This document shows positions 33,018-43,130 of a stretch of 64,000 bases of DNA, piece after piece. This DNA comes from Candidatus Krumholzibacteriia bacterium (GTDB lineage Bacteria; Krumholzibacteriota; Krumholzibacteriia; Krumholzibacteriales; Krumholzibacteriaceae): the NCBI GenBank assembly GCA_963836185.1, contig CAWIIQ010000003.1, positions 320,001 to 384,000 of the forward strand. Direction: 5' to 3'. The notes under the pieces were generated by a model, which worked only from the letters and a program-made list of their open reading frames with translations, was not told the DNA's origin and did not search any database. The number at the start of each line of letters is the position of its first letter. The stretch's first letter is position 1. The position numbers and the translations under genes were made by a program.

Positions 33018-33545
33018 ATGAAGTCGATTATTACGATTCTTTTTGTGGTGCTGGTCGCTTTTGCCGTAGCAGTGCCGACCCTGAACGCTGAGGACAAGAA
33101 AGAGACCGGGAAGAAAGCCGAGATCCCCGAGGGATTCAACGCACAGACGACCTGTCCCGTGATGGGCGGGAAGATCACCTCTGATTCCTACACGGACTAT
33201 CAGGGACAGAGGATTTATTTCTGCTGTGCCGGATGCGAAGGTTCTTTGCTGAAGGATCCCGACAAGTTCTTCGAACAGGCGGCAAAGGACAAGGTCCTCT
33301 TCGAGAACGTGCAGACGACCTGTCCCGTTATGGGAAACCCGATAGACAAGAAGTTCTTCACCTACTACAAGGGCCGGGGGATCTACTTCTGCTGCGCTGA
33401 CTGCATCGAGAAGTTCAACGCAGACCCCGACAAGTACCTCAAGGTGTTGAGAGAGGCCGAGGAAAAGGATCACGAGGATCATGAGGGTCACGACCATGAC
33501 CATGAGGGACATGGTGGCGACCACGATCACGGCCATGGACACTGA
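33018..33545 (+). CDS. Periplasmic tandem YHS-domain protein with His-rich tail
   Basis: Signal peptide; two QTTCPVMG...Y.G..IYFCC..C...DPDK units 56 aa apart; C-terminal tail with 10 His. Confidence 0.85.
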   Translation: MKSIITILFVVLVAFAVAVPTLNAEDKKETGKKAEIPEGFNAQTTCPVMGGKITSDSYTDYQGQRIYFCCAGCEGSLLKDPDKFFEQAAKDKVLFENVQTTCPVMGNPIDKKFFTYYKGRGIYFCCADCIEKFNADPDKYLKVLREAEEKDHEDHEGHDHDHEGHGGDHDHGHGH

Positions 33546-33561
33546 GAAAAGGAAAAAGAGT

Positions 33562-35388
33562 ATGTCTGGACGCACACGCACCATCACTATCGCCGCGCTG
33601 GTCGCGGTGGCGTTCATCGCGGGGTTCCTGATCCGCGGGGGAGGCGAAAGCCCCCCTGCTGACGGCGGCGCCGCACGGCAGGCTGCGGCGGAGGTCTGGA
33701 CCTGTTCGATGCATCCTCAGATCAGGCTTCCCGAAGCGGGCAAGTGCCCGATCTGTTTCATGGACCTGATTCCCGTCGACCAGGGAGCGGGAGAGGATCT
33801 CGGGGACAGGCAGCTTGCGATGAGTGAGTCGGCGATAAAGCTCGCCGAGATCGAGACGCGGCCTGTCCTGCGCCGGCCGGCCGAGGCGGTGGTCCGCGCC
33901 GTCGGCAGCGTAGCACTCGACGAGACGCGCATGTCGGAGATCACTGCATGGGTCCCCGGACGCATCGAGAAGCTCATGGTCAACTTCACGGGCGCTTCGG
34001 TGCGAAAGGGCGATCCGCTCGCCGAGATCTACTCCCCGAGCCTGGTCAGCGCGCAGGAGGAACTCCTGCAGGCCAGGCGCGCATATGACGCGGCGCCCGA
34101 AGGGGACAGCCCGGCGCGTTCGACCCTGGATGCGGCACGTGAGAAACTCAAACAGTACGGGCTTTTTGGCAGCCAGATAGAGGCGATAGAGAGGGCTGGA
34201 AGTGTCAGAAGGCAGATCGTGATCTACGCTCCCTCGTCGGGAGTCGTCATCGACCTGGCCGTCAAAGAGGGACAGTACGTAAAGACGGGCAGTACCCTGA
34301 TGAGGATCGCCGACCTGTCAAAGGTCTGGGTGACGCTGAGGGCTTTCCAGAGCGATCTGCCGTTGATAAAGCGGGGGCAGGAGGTCAGCTTCAGTTCCAC
34401 GGCGCATCCTGGCGAGACATTCCCCGGGGAAGTCGTGTTCGTCGACCCTGTCCTTGATCCGAAGACGATGACGGCCGGAGTGAGAGCCGTCGCATCGAAC
34501 GAAGAGGGTAGCCTGAGGCCCGACATGTTCGTCAGCGGGGAGATATCTGTTCCCCTTGATACTGACGGCATGGATCCCCTCATTATCCCCGCCACGGCGC
34601 CGATGCTGACTGGAAAGAGGGCCGTCGTATACGTTCGGCTTCCGGGAAGCACCGGGCCGGTATTCGAGGGAAGGGACGTTGTTCTCGGTCCGAAGGCGGG
34701 AGACAGTTACGTCGTCCTCTCAGGGCTAGAGGAAGGCGAGCTGGTCGTCGTCAACGGCGCCTTCAAGATCGACAGCGAACTGCAGATCAGGGCGCAGCCC
34801 TCGATGATGAACCCGGACGGGGATGCTGCGCCGGTCCTGCATGAACATGGCGGGCATGAAACGCCGCCCGCTCGCGTTTCCGCCGAAGGGGCGGATGCGG
34901 AGAGGCCTTACGGTCACATCACGGCGGGCTTTGTCATGCTGAAGGAACTGGAACCTGTCTACGACGCCTACTTCGACGTCCAGATGGCTCTTGCCGGGGA
35001 CGACCACGCGAAAGCAGTTTCAGCTTTCAAGGATCTTGTAAAGAAGACCGCCGATGCCGATATGACAGCCTTCAAGCACCCGGTCCACGAATTCTGGATG
35101 GGTGTCTCATCGCGGATAGTCAAGTATTCCGCCGAAGGCAGCAAGTCCCGGGATATGGAGGAGGCGAGGGATTCGTTCTACCACTTGTCAAAGGCTGTCA
35201 TCGAGCTCCATGACAGGATCGGTCATGCAGAGGGAGACTTCTACCTCACCTTCTGCCCTATGGCCCGCGACAACACGGGGGCGTTCTGGATCCAGGAGGT
35301 CGACACGGTATACAACTCGTTCTACGGCGCAGTCATGCTGCGCTGCGGTTCGATCGAGAAGAAACTTCCATCGGCGGGGGGTGAGTAA
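33562..35388 (+). CDS. cusB: CusB-type RND periplasmic adaptor with N-terminal heavy-metal-binding domain and C-terminal DUF3347-like domain
   Basis: WTCSMHPQI....GKCPICFMDL; YSPSLVSAQEE, ADLSKVW, LRPDMF; C-terminal FCPMA...GAFW...N.FYG..MLRCG. Confidence 0.88.
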   Translation: MSGRTRTITIAALVAVAFIAGFLIRGGGESPPADGGAARQAAAEVWTCSMHPQIRLPEAGKCPICFMDLIPVDQGAGEDLGDRQLAMSESAIKLAEIETRPVLRRPAEAVVRAVGSVALDETRMSEITAWVPGRIEKLMVNFTGASVRKGDPLAEIYSPSLVSAQEELLQARRAYDAAPEGDSPARSTLDAAREKLKQYGLFGSQIEAIERAGSVRRQIVIYAPSSGVVIDLAVKEGQYVKTGSTLMRIADLSKVWVTLRAFQSDLPLIKRGQEVSFSSTAHPGETFPGEVVFVDPVLDPKTMTAGVRAVASNEEGSLRPDMFVSGEISVPLDTDGMDPLIIPATAPMLTGKRAVVYVRLPGSTGPVFEGRDVVLGPKAGDSYVVLSGLEEGELVVVNGAFKIDSELQIRAQPSMMNPDGDAAPVLHEHGGHETPPARVSAEGADAERPYGHITAGFVMLKELEPVYDAYFDVQMALAGDDHAKAVSAFKDLVKKTADADMTAFKHPVHEFWMGVSSRIVKYSAEGSKSRDMEEARDSFYHLSKAVIELHDRIGHAEGDFYLTFCPMARDNTGAFWIQEVDTVYNSFYGAVMLRCGSIEKKLPSAGGE

Positions 35389-35393
35389 CGGGG

Positions 35394-38300
35394 ATGCAGG
35401 CCGGCGGACCTCACGATAAGGGGTTTTCGATACTCGACAAAGTGATCAGGTTCTCTCTCGAGAACAAGCTCGTCGTCCTGATCGTCCTGCTCGCTGTCGT
35501 ACTGTGGGGCGTGATGGTCGCTCCTTTCGACTGGCAGATCGATTTTCTTCCCCGCGACCCCGTTCCCGTTGATGCTATCCCAGATATAGGCGAGAACCAG
35601 CAGATCGTATTCACACGGTGGATGGGGCGCTCGCCCCGTGACATAGAGGACCAGGTCACATATCCGCTGACAGTTTCCCTTCTTGGCATTCCAGGCGTGA
35701 AGACGATACGGAGCTACTCGTACTTCGGATTCTCGAGTGTCTACGTGATATTCGAAGACGACGTCGAGTTCTACTGGTCGCGTTCGAGGGTGCTCGAGAA
35801 GCTCGCCTCGCTCGCGCCGGGGACGATGCCGGCAGGAGTCAGCCCGACACTCGGGCCCGACGCCACGGCCCTCGGGCAGGTCTTCTGGTACACGCTCGAG
35901 GGGTACGGCGATGATGGACAGCCCTCTGGAGGATGGGACCTCGACGAGCTGCGCTCGGTGCAGGACTGGACGGTGCGCTATGCTTTGATGTCGGCCGACG
36001 GCGTAGCGGAAGTCGCCTCGATAGGCGGCTTCGTGCGCGAGTACCAGGTAGACGTCGATCCCGACGCGATGTTCGCCTACGGGATAGGGCTCGGCCAGGT
36101 CTACGACGCCGTTCGGATGTCGAACATCGATACCGGCGCGAGGACGATCGAGATAAACCGGGTCGAGTACGTGATCCGCGGACTGGGATTCGTGAAAAAC
36201 GTCGGCGACCTCGAGAAGACGGTGATCGTCGAACGAGGCGGCGTGCCTGTCACCGTCGGCGATATCGCAACGGTGGCGCTCGGGCCGGCGGCGCGGCGCG
36301 GGGCGCTCGACAAGGGGGGCGCCGAGGCAGTCGGCGGCGTGGTAGTCGTCCGCTACGGCGAGAACCCTCTCGCGGCGATAAAGAACGTCAAGGCGAAGAT
36401 CGCCGAGATAGCGCCGGGGCTTCCGAAGAAGACCCTCCCCGACGGGACCGTCTCGCAGGTTCGCGTCGTCCCCTTCTACGACAGGACGGGGCTGATCTAC
36501 GAGACGCTCGGCACTCTCAACACGGCGCTGATCGACGAGATCCTCGTGACGATCATCGTAGTGCTCGTGATGGTGATGAACCTTCGCGCGGCCATGCTGA
36601 TATCGGGGCTTTTGCCGCTGACCGTGCTTGCCGTATTCATCGCGATGAAGAGTTTCGGTGTCGACGCGAACATCGTCGCCCTCTCGGGGATCGCGATCGC
36701 TATCGGGACGATCGTTGACATGGGAATAGTGATCACCGAGAACATCATGCGGCATCTCGCTGCGGCCGGGCCGGAGGAGTCACGTCTCGAGGTCATATAC
36801 AGGGCCGCCTCCGAGGTCGGAAGCGCCGTATTGACGGCTATCGCAACGACGGTTATCTCGTTCCTCCCCGTATTCGCGATGACCGCTGCCGAGGGAAAGC
36901 TCTTCAAGCCGCTTGCGTGGACAAAGACATTCGCACTTGTCGCTTCGGTCCTCGTGGCGCTCGTGATGATACCGCCGGCGGCGCACATGATCCTGCGCGG
37001 CGAGAGAAGCCGCGGGGAAAAGCGGAGCTACTGGATGGGACTGATATTGATCGGCGCTTCGGTATTCATCTTCTCGATCGGGCTGAGGCTCGTCGCCGGG
37101 GCCCATCTCTTCATGGGTGTCTGGCTTCTTCTCGGGCATTATCTACCGGCAGGGATTCGGGAACGTATCTCCAGTCACTGGACCCACATCACGATCGGCG
37201 CGGTCATAGTCCTGCTCGCCTCGCACTGGCGGCCCCTGGGATACGAAAGCCATTACATCCTCAACCTGCTCTTTGTCGGCGGACTTATCGGCGGGCTGCT
37301 GATACTGTTCAAGCTCTTCTATCGCGTATATGAGCCGGCGCTGAGGTGGTGCCTCTCGCACAGGAAGATCTTCCTCTCGTTCACCGTTGCGCTCGTTCTT
37401 CTCGGAGGCTTCGTCTGGAAGGGATTCGACTATTTCGCCGGTTTCATGCCGAAGCCGGTAAAGGCATCGGCGCTCTATATCGTCGCTCCACCATACCTTC
37501 CCCGGACTGGGGAAGGAGTTCATGCCGTCGCTCGATGAGGGGTCGTTTCTATACATGCCGACGACGATGCCGCACGCTTCGATAGGCGAGGCTCTCGACG
37601 TGCTGCAGAAGCAGAACATGGCATTCACAGCCATCCCCGAGATAGAATCGGTCGTCGGCAAGATAGGACGCGCCGATACACCGCTCGATCCGGCTCCGCT
37701 GTCGATGGTCGAGACCATCATCAATTATCAGGTCCGAATACGTCACTGACGCTTCAGGCCATGTAATGCGCTTCCGATACGATAATAGTAACAATGTTTT
37801 CTTCCGCGGCGCCGATGGGAGCCTTATCCCCTACAGCCGAGGGAAACCCTTCAGGAACTGGCGCGATCACATAAGGACCACCGATGACATATGGGACGAG
37901 ATCGTAAAGGCCGGGGCGATCACCGGCACGACCTCAGCCCCGAAGCTTCAGCCGATAGAGACGCGGATAGTGATGCTCCAGTCGGGGATGCGCGCTCCGA
38001 TGGGGGTCAAGGTCAGGGGGCCGGACCTCGATTCGATCGAAAAGTTCGGGCTCGAGATCGAGCGCCTCCTCAAACAGGTTCCGCAGATAGAGCCGGCGGC
38101 AGTGCTTGCCGACAGGATCGTCGGGAAACCGTATCTAGAGATCGTCATCGACCGCGAGAAGATCGCCAGGTACGGATTGTCCATGAGAGCGGTCCAGGAT
38201 GTGATCGAGGTGGCGATAGGCGGAAAGAATGTGACCACTACCGTTGAAGGCAGGGAGAGGTATCCAGTGCGTGTCCGTTATCCGCGCGAGCTTCGCGGCG

Positions 38301-39163
38301 ATATAGACGACCTCGGCCGCATCCTCGTTCCGGCGCCCGGTGGCGCGCAGGTCCCGCTCGGTGAACTTGCCGAGGTGCTGTTCGTGCGCGGCCCGATGGT
38401 GATCAAGTCGGAGGACACCTTCCTCACCGGGTACGTGATTTTCGACGGGAGGGACGGATATGGAGAGGTGGAGGTAGTAGAGGCGGCCCGCTCATACCTG
38501 CTCTCGCGTGTCGAGGCGGGGGAACTGGTTGTTCCCGCCGGTGTGAGCTGGGCATTCGCCGGCAGCTGGGAGAACCAGGTCCGCTCGGAGAAGAAGCTCG
38601 CCGTCGTCCTTCCGATGGCGCTGATGGCGATATTCCTTATTCTATATCTCCAGTTCAGGAGGGTCTCCACTACGTTACTGGTCTTCTCCGGGATATTCGT
38701 CGCCTGGGCCGGCGGGTTCATCATGCTCTGGCTCTACGGCAGGGGATGGTTCCTCGATTTTTCCGTCTTCGGCATTCACATGCGTGAGCTCTTCAACATC
38801 AGGCCGTACAATCTCTCGGTGGCAGTGTGGGTGGGGTTCCTTGCCCTCTTCGGCATTTCGAGCGACGACGGCGTCCTGATGTCGACCTATCTCGAGCAGA
38901 CCTTCGCGAAGAAAATGCCTGGCAGCCGAGGTGAGATCCGCGACGCGGTCGTCATGGCGGCGATGCGGCGGGTCAGGCCCGCACTTATGACGTCCGCGAC
39001 GACTATCCTGGCTCTTATCCCCGTGCTGACCTCTACCGGGAAGGGCTCCGACATCATGGTCCCGATGGCGATCCCCTCGTTCGGGGGGATGACCGTCGTT
39101 ATGATCTCTGTCTTCCTCGTCCCCGTCCTCTACAGCATCGTGGCCGAGCGGAGGCTGAGATAA
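35394..39163 (+). CDS. cusA: CusA/CzcA family heavy-metal RND permease (frameshifts near 37490 and 37730)
   Basis: VDAIPDIGENQQIVFT.W.GRSP..IEDQVTYPL, LGPDATALGQ, SGIAIAIGTIVD, EFMP.LDEG, QPIETRIVML, R.RPALMT and PMAIPSFGG. Confidence 0.93.
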
Positions 39164-39177
39164 GGGATTGCATTTAT

Positions 39178-39208
39178 TTTAACGGGAATCTAACATCCCC
39201 CTAACATT
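39178..39208 (+). promoter_or_regulatory. Pho-box array (3 x 11-bp units) upstream of phoB
   Basis: TTTAACGGGAA TCTAACATCCC CCTAACATT: TAAC at 39180, 39191 and 39202; -10-like TATTAT at ~39224. Confidence 0.75.
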
Positions 39209-39277
39209 GCGCTCATCCGTGCATATTATCTGTTAACCTGTAATTCGCTTAAGTCTGCGGACACTGAAAGGTGAGCG

Positions 39278-39967
39278 ATGGCACAGGAACATATTCTCGT
39301 TGTCGATGATGAAGAGGACATCCAGGAACTTGTCCGGTACAACCTCGCGAGGAACGGCTTCGACGTGACAGTGGTCGGGACCGGGGAGGCCGCCTTTGAG
39401 AAGGCGAGGGCAAAGTTGCCCGACATGATCCTCCTCGACCTGATGCTTCCTGGTATAGACGGGCTCGAGGTCTGCAACATCCTCAAGCATGACCAGAAGA
39501 CATCTCATATACCGATAGTGATGTTGTCCGCCCGTGGCGAAGAGGCTGATGTGGTTGCCGGGCTCGAGCTCGGAGCGGACGACTATATTACAAAGCCGTT
39601 CAGCCCGCGTGTGCTTGTAGCGAGGATAAAGGCCGTCCTGAGGCGCAGGTCCGAGGCACCTGCCAACTTGAGTGCGGTCCTGAAGAGGAAGGACCTCGTA
39701 ATACATCCCGGCAGGCGCGAGGTGCTCGTGAAAGGGAAGCCGGTGACGCTCACTTCGACCGAGTTCGAGATCCTCTACCATCTTGCGAGGCGTCCGGGCT
39801 GGGTCTTCACCCGGCACCAGATCATAGATGCGGCCAAAGGCGAGGAATACCCGGTGACCGACCGGTCGGTTGATGTACATATTGTCGGCCTGAGAAAAAA
39901 GCTCGGCCCGGTAGGCAAGCTTATCGAGACGGTCAGGGGTGTCGGTTACAGGTTCATGGAGAGTTAG
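39278..39967 (+). CDS. phoB: OmpR/PhoB family response regulator
   Basis: ILVVDDE, LLDLMLP, GADDYITKPF, winged helix RSVDVHI..LRKKL..ETVRGVGYRF; adjacent to phoR and pst genes. Confidence 0.9.
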   Translation: MAQEHILVVDDEEDIQELVRYNLARNGFDVTVVGTGEAAFEKARAKLPDMILLDLMLPGIDGLEVCNILKHDQKTSHIPIVMLSARGEEADVVAGLELGADDYITKPFSPRVLVARIKAVLRRRSEAPANLSAVLKRKDLVIHPGRREVLVKGKPVTLTSTEFEILYHLARRPGWVFTRHQIIDAAKGEEYPVTDRSVDVHIVGLRKKLGPVGKLIETVRGVGYRFMES

Positions 39968-41746
39968 ATGCATCCGAAGCGCCTCGTATGGTTCATATTC
40001 CCCTGGTACCTCGTCATCATCGTGGTCTCTCTGGCCATCGTGACGGGCTATTCCTCGCGCGCAGTAAAAGAATTTCATTTCAACACGACGGCGGATGATC
40101 TCGAGGCCAGAGCGGTTCTTTTTGAAAAAATGATCGCCGACAGGATCGATGGTCCATACTCAGTCGTAGACGGGTTGTGCAAGGAGCTCGGCGGCTCGAC
40201 AGGTACCCGGATAACGGTTATCCTGCCCGATGGGCAGGTCATCGGCGATTCGGACAGCGATCCGGCTTCGATGGAGAACCACGGGGACAGGCCCGAGTTC
40301 ATAAGGGCCCTGTCGGGGATGACCGGCTCCTCTATCAGGTACAGCGACACGCTCAGAAAAAGGTTTATGTACGTCGCCGTTCCGATCAGGGTCGATGGTG
40401 GGGTCCCCGGCGCAGTGCGGGCATCAATGCCTCTTACCGCTCTGGATCAGTCTCTGAAGACCATGTATCTGCGGATCATCATCTCCGGGATCCTCGTAGC
40501 GATAGTGGCTGCGGTGGTCAGCATGCTCGTAGCCAAGCGGATCAGCCGCCCTGTAGAAGAGATAAAGAAGGGCGTCGTTCATTTCGCGAGCAATGACCTG
40601 AGCTATCGCCTGCCCGTCCATGAACTGGAGGAGATCGGAGGGCTTGCCAGCGTTATCAACGAAATGGCCGGACGGCTCGAGGACAGGATAGAGACAGTCG
40701 AACGGCAGCGCAACGAGCAGGAAGCGATATTCTCGGGGATGGTCGAGGGCCTCCTCGTCGTCGACGAGAATGAGAAGATAGTACGAATTAACCCTGCCGC
40801 ATCTGGATTCCTGGGAGTTGATATATCCGAAGCGGAAGGCAGGATGATCCAGGAGGTCGTGCGTAACCCGTATCTCCAGAAATTCGTGGGCAGGACTCTC
40901 GGCAGTGCTGTCAATGTCGAGGAGGATATCACGCTGCGCAATGACAGGGGCGAGATGTATGTGCAGGCTCATGGTGTCCAGCTGCTGAGGCCCGATGGGA
41001 GGCTGCGCGGGGGCGTGATAGTCCTCAACGATGTAACGAGGCTCAGGAGACTCGAGAACCTGAGGAAGGATTTCGTGGCGAACGTTTCGCACGAGCTTCG
41101 GACGCCGATCACCTCGATAAAGGGATTTGTCGAGACTCTCCTGGACGGAGCGATGAAGGATCCTTCCGACGCAGCGAATTTTCTCAATATCATAGGCAGG
41201 CAGGCCGAGAGGATGGACAATATTATCGAGGACCTTCTGCTTCTCTCCGGAGTCGAACGCGGCCTGGAAGAGAGCAACCTCAGGGTCGAGAAGGCAGGTG
41301 TAATCGACATTATCAACGATGCCCTCGAGGTGTGTGATTACAAGGCAAAGGAAAAGAAGATCGATATCGAAGTCGACTGCGCTTCGGACATGGAAGTCGC
41401 GGTCAACGGGCCCCTGCTCGAGCAGGCTGTGATAAATCTGCTCGACAACGCGATCAAATACAGCGAGGAAGGGGGCCATGTGGTGATCGTCTCCGCGAGG
41501 CATGCCGAAGAGATCACTGTCGAGGTCCGTGACGAGGGGTGCGGTATCGATAAAGAGGATATGCCGAGGCTGTTTGAGAGGTTCTACCGCGTCGATAAGG
41601 CGAGGAGCAGAAAGCTCGGGGGGACCGGGCTCGGACTGGCGATAGTCAAACACATCATGCAGGTTCATGGCGGATCAGTAACGGTCATGAGCACACCTGG
41701 AGAAGGCTCCGCCTTCACGCTGCATCTTCCGGATTCCGCGTCATAA
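39968..41746 (+). CDS. phoR: Phosphate regulon sensor histidine kinase (periplasmic Cache-like, HAMP, PAS)
   Basis: MENH.DRPE, DFVANVSHELRTP, NLLDNAIKY and FERFYRVDKARSRKLGGTGLGLAIVKH. Confidence 0.92.
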   Translation: MHPKRLVWFIFPWYLVIIVVSLAIVTGYSSRAVKEFHFNTTADDLEARAVLFEKMIADRIDGPYSVVDGLCKELGGSTGTRITVILPDGQVIGDSDSDPASMENHGDRPEFIRALSGMTGSSIRYSDTLRKRFMYVAVPIRVDGGVPGAVRASMPLTALDQSLKTMYLRIIISGILVAIVAAVVSMLVAKRISRPVEEIKKGVVHFASNDLSYRLPVHELEEIGGLASVINEMAGRLEDRIETVERQRNEQEAIFSGMVEGLLVVDENEKIVRINPAASGFLGVDISEAEGRMIQEVVRNPYLQKFVGRTLGSAVNVEEDITLRNDRGEMYVQAHGVQLLRPDGRLRGGVIVLNDVTRLRRLENLRKDFVANVSHELRTPITSIKGFVETLLDGAMKDPSDAANFLNIIGRQAERMDNIIEDLLLLSGVERGLEESNLRVEKAGVIDIINDALEVCDYKAKEKKIDIEVDCASDMEVAVNGPLLEQAVINLLDNAIKYSEEGGHVVIVSARHAEEITVEVRDEGCGIDKEDMPRLFERFYRVDKARSRKLGGTGLGLAIVKHIMQVHGGSVTVMSTPGEGSAFTLHLPDSAS

Positions 41747-41770
41747 CGGGCCGGAAAGCACTCACTGCAT

Positions 41771-41814
41771 TCTAACTTCGCCTTAATAATCCCTTAATAC
41801 AGCCGGTTTACTAT
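41771..41814 (+). promoter_or_regulatory. Pho-box array (3 x 11-bp units) plus -10 upstream of the porin
   Basis: TCTAACTTCGC CTTAATAATCC CTTAATAC: TAAY at 41773, 41784 and 41795; TACTAT at 41809. Confidence 0.7.
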
Positions 41815-41930
41815 TCTGGTGTATGAAGTAGTCGAAAGACATGGAGGAACTGCCCGGGGCAGTAATCCCCGGAACTCGAACAATGGGTCAGGCGGGTGGG
41901 GTCCCGCCGAGTAAAAAGAGAAAGGACATC

Positions 41931-43028
41931 ATGAAGAAGATAGCGATACTGGTGATCCTGGTTATAGCGGTCGCTTCAAGCGCCGTTGACGCGGGCGAAT
42001 GGTACGAGAAGATCAAGCTCGGTGGAGATTTCAGGGACCGTTACGACGGCATCTGGGATGACAGCAAGGATTTCAACAGGAACAGGAACCGTATCCGCGC
42101 GAGACTCTCGATGAATGTATCGGTCAATGAAGACTTCACCTTCGTTTCACGATTCGCGACAGGGGTCAACGATCCAGCTTCTACCAACAGGACATTGACC
42201 GATGCCTTTACCACCAAGGGGTACTGGCTCGACCTCGCCTACTTCGATTTCCATCCAGTCAAGGCCGAGGGTCTTCACATCTATGGCGGAAAGATGAAGA
42301 ACTCATTCTACAAGCCTGCCAAGAACCAGCTCATCTGGGACGGCGACGTCAATCCTGAAGGTGTCGCGGTCAATTTCAAGAGGGACGCAGGGGAGAAGGT
42401 GTCGTATTTCCTGACCGGTTCCTGGTACACCATCATGGAGCAGAAGGCTGATCCTTACGTCTACATGCTCGGCGCACAGAGCGGCCTGAAGATCAAGACC
42501 TCAGAGAAGAGCCACATCGGCTTTGGAGCGAGCTACTACGGGTATGAGAACCTCAAAGGTTCTGAAGCCCTCTTCGACGGCGTGTTCTTCGGTAACACGT
42601 CCGTAGTTGACGCTGACAGCAATGATGTTTTCGCCAACGATTACAGGCTGATCGAGGGATTTGCAGAGTTCGGATTCAAGGCCGGTAAGGCCTCCTGGAC
42701 CGCCTGGGGCTCCTATGTAAATAACACTGCCGCAGACAGCCTCAACACCGGCTGGCTCGCGGGGCTCGGAGTAAAGAGCGGAAAAGGCAAAGGCGCCTGG
42801 GCGTTGGGCGGCTTCTACAAGTATGTAGAGACCGACGCTGTTATCGGCCTGTTCGCCGACTCAGATTTCGGCGGCGGCACGACAGACGTCAAGGGCTTCG
42901 CTTTCACCGGCGCATATGAGATAGCGAATAACGTCGCGCTTTCCAGCACCCTGTTTCTCAACAAGAGAGGCGTAGAAGAAGGTACGGACTTCACTCGGCT
43001 CTTCATCGACCTGGTATTGAAGTTCTAG
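41931..43028 (+). CDS. Putative porin (outer-membrane beta-barrel) in the pho locus
   Basis: Signal peptide; GDFR.RY, R.RIRARL, STN.TL, LDLAYF, LIWDGDVNPEG and DSDFGGGTTDVKG; C-terminal Phe. Confidence 0.8.
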   Translation: MKKIAILVILVIAVASSAVDAGEWYEKIKLGGDFRDRYDGIWDDSKDFNRNRNRIRARLSMNVSVNEDFTFVSRFATGVNDPASTNRTLTDAFTTKGYWLDLAYFDFHPVKAEGLHIYGGKMKNSFYKPAKNQLIWDGDVNPEGVAVNFKRDAGEKVSYFLTGSWYTIMEQKADPYVYMLGAQSGLKIKTSEKSHIGFGASYYGYENLKGSEALFDGVFFGNTSVVDADSNDVFANDYRLIEGFAEFGFKAGKASWTAWGSYVNNTAADSLNTGWLAGLGVKSGKGKGAWALGGFYKYVETDAVIGLFADSDFGGGTTDVKGFAFTGAYEIANNVALSSTLFLNKRGVEEGTDFTRLFIDLVLKF

Positions 43029-43046
43029 AGAATATGGCAATTAAGC

Positions 43047-43088
43047 CTTAACGGGAATCTGACAATGTCTTAACAGATGGCTAACAGA
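43047..43088 (+). promoter_or_regulatory. Pho-box array (4 x 11-bp units) upstream of pstS
   Basis: CTTAACGGGAA TCTGACAATGT CTTAACAGATG GCTAACAGA: T(A/G)AC at 43049, 43060, 43071 and 43082; 13-mer TTAACGGGAATCT shared with the phoB box. Confidence 0.8.
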
Positions 43089-43130
43089 AGGAAAGTAGAT
43101 TTACAGGCAGAAAGGCTCAAGGAGGTCAAG

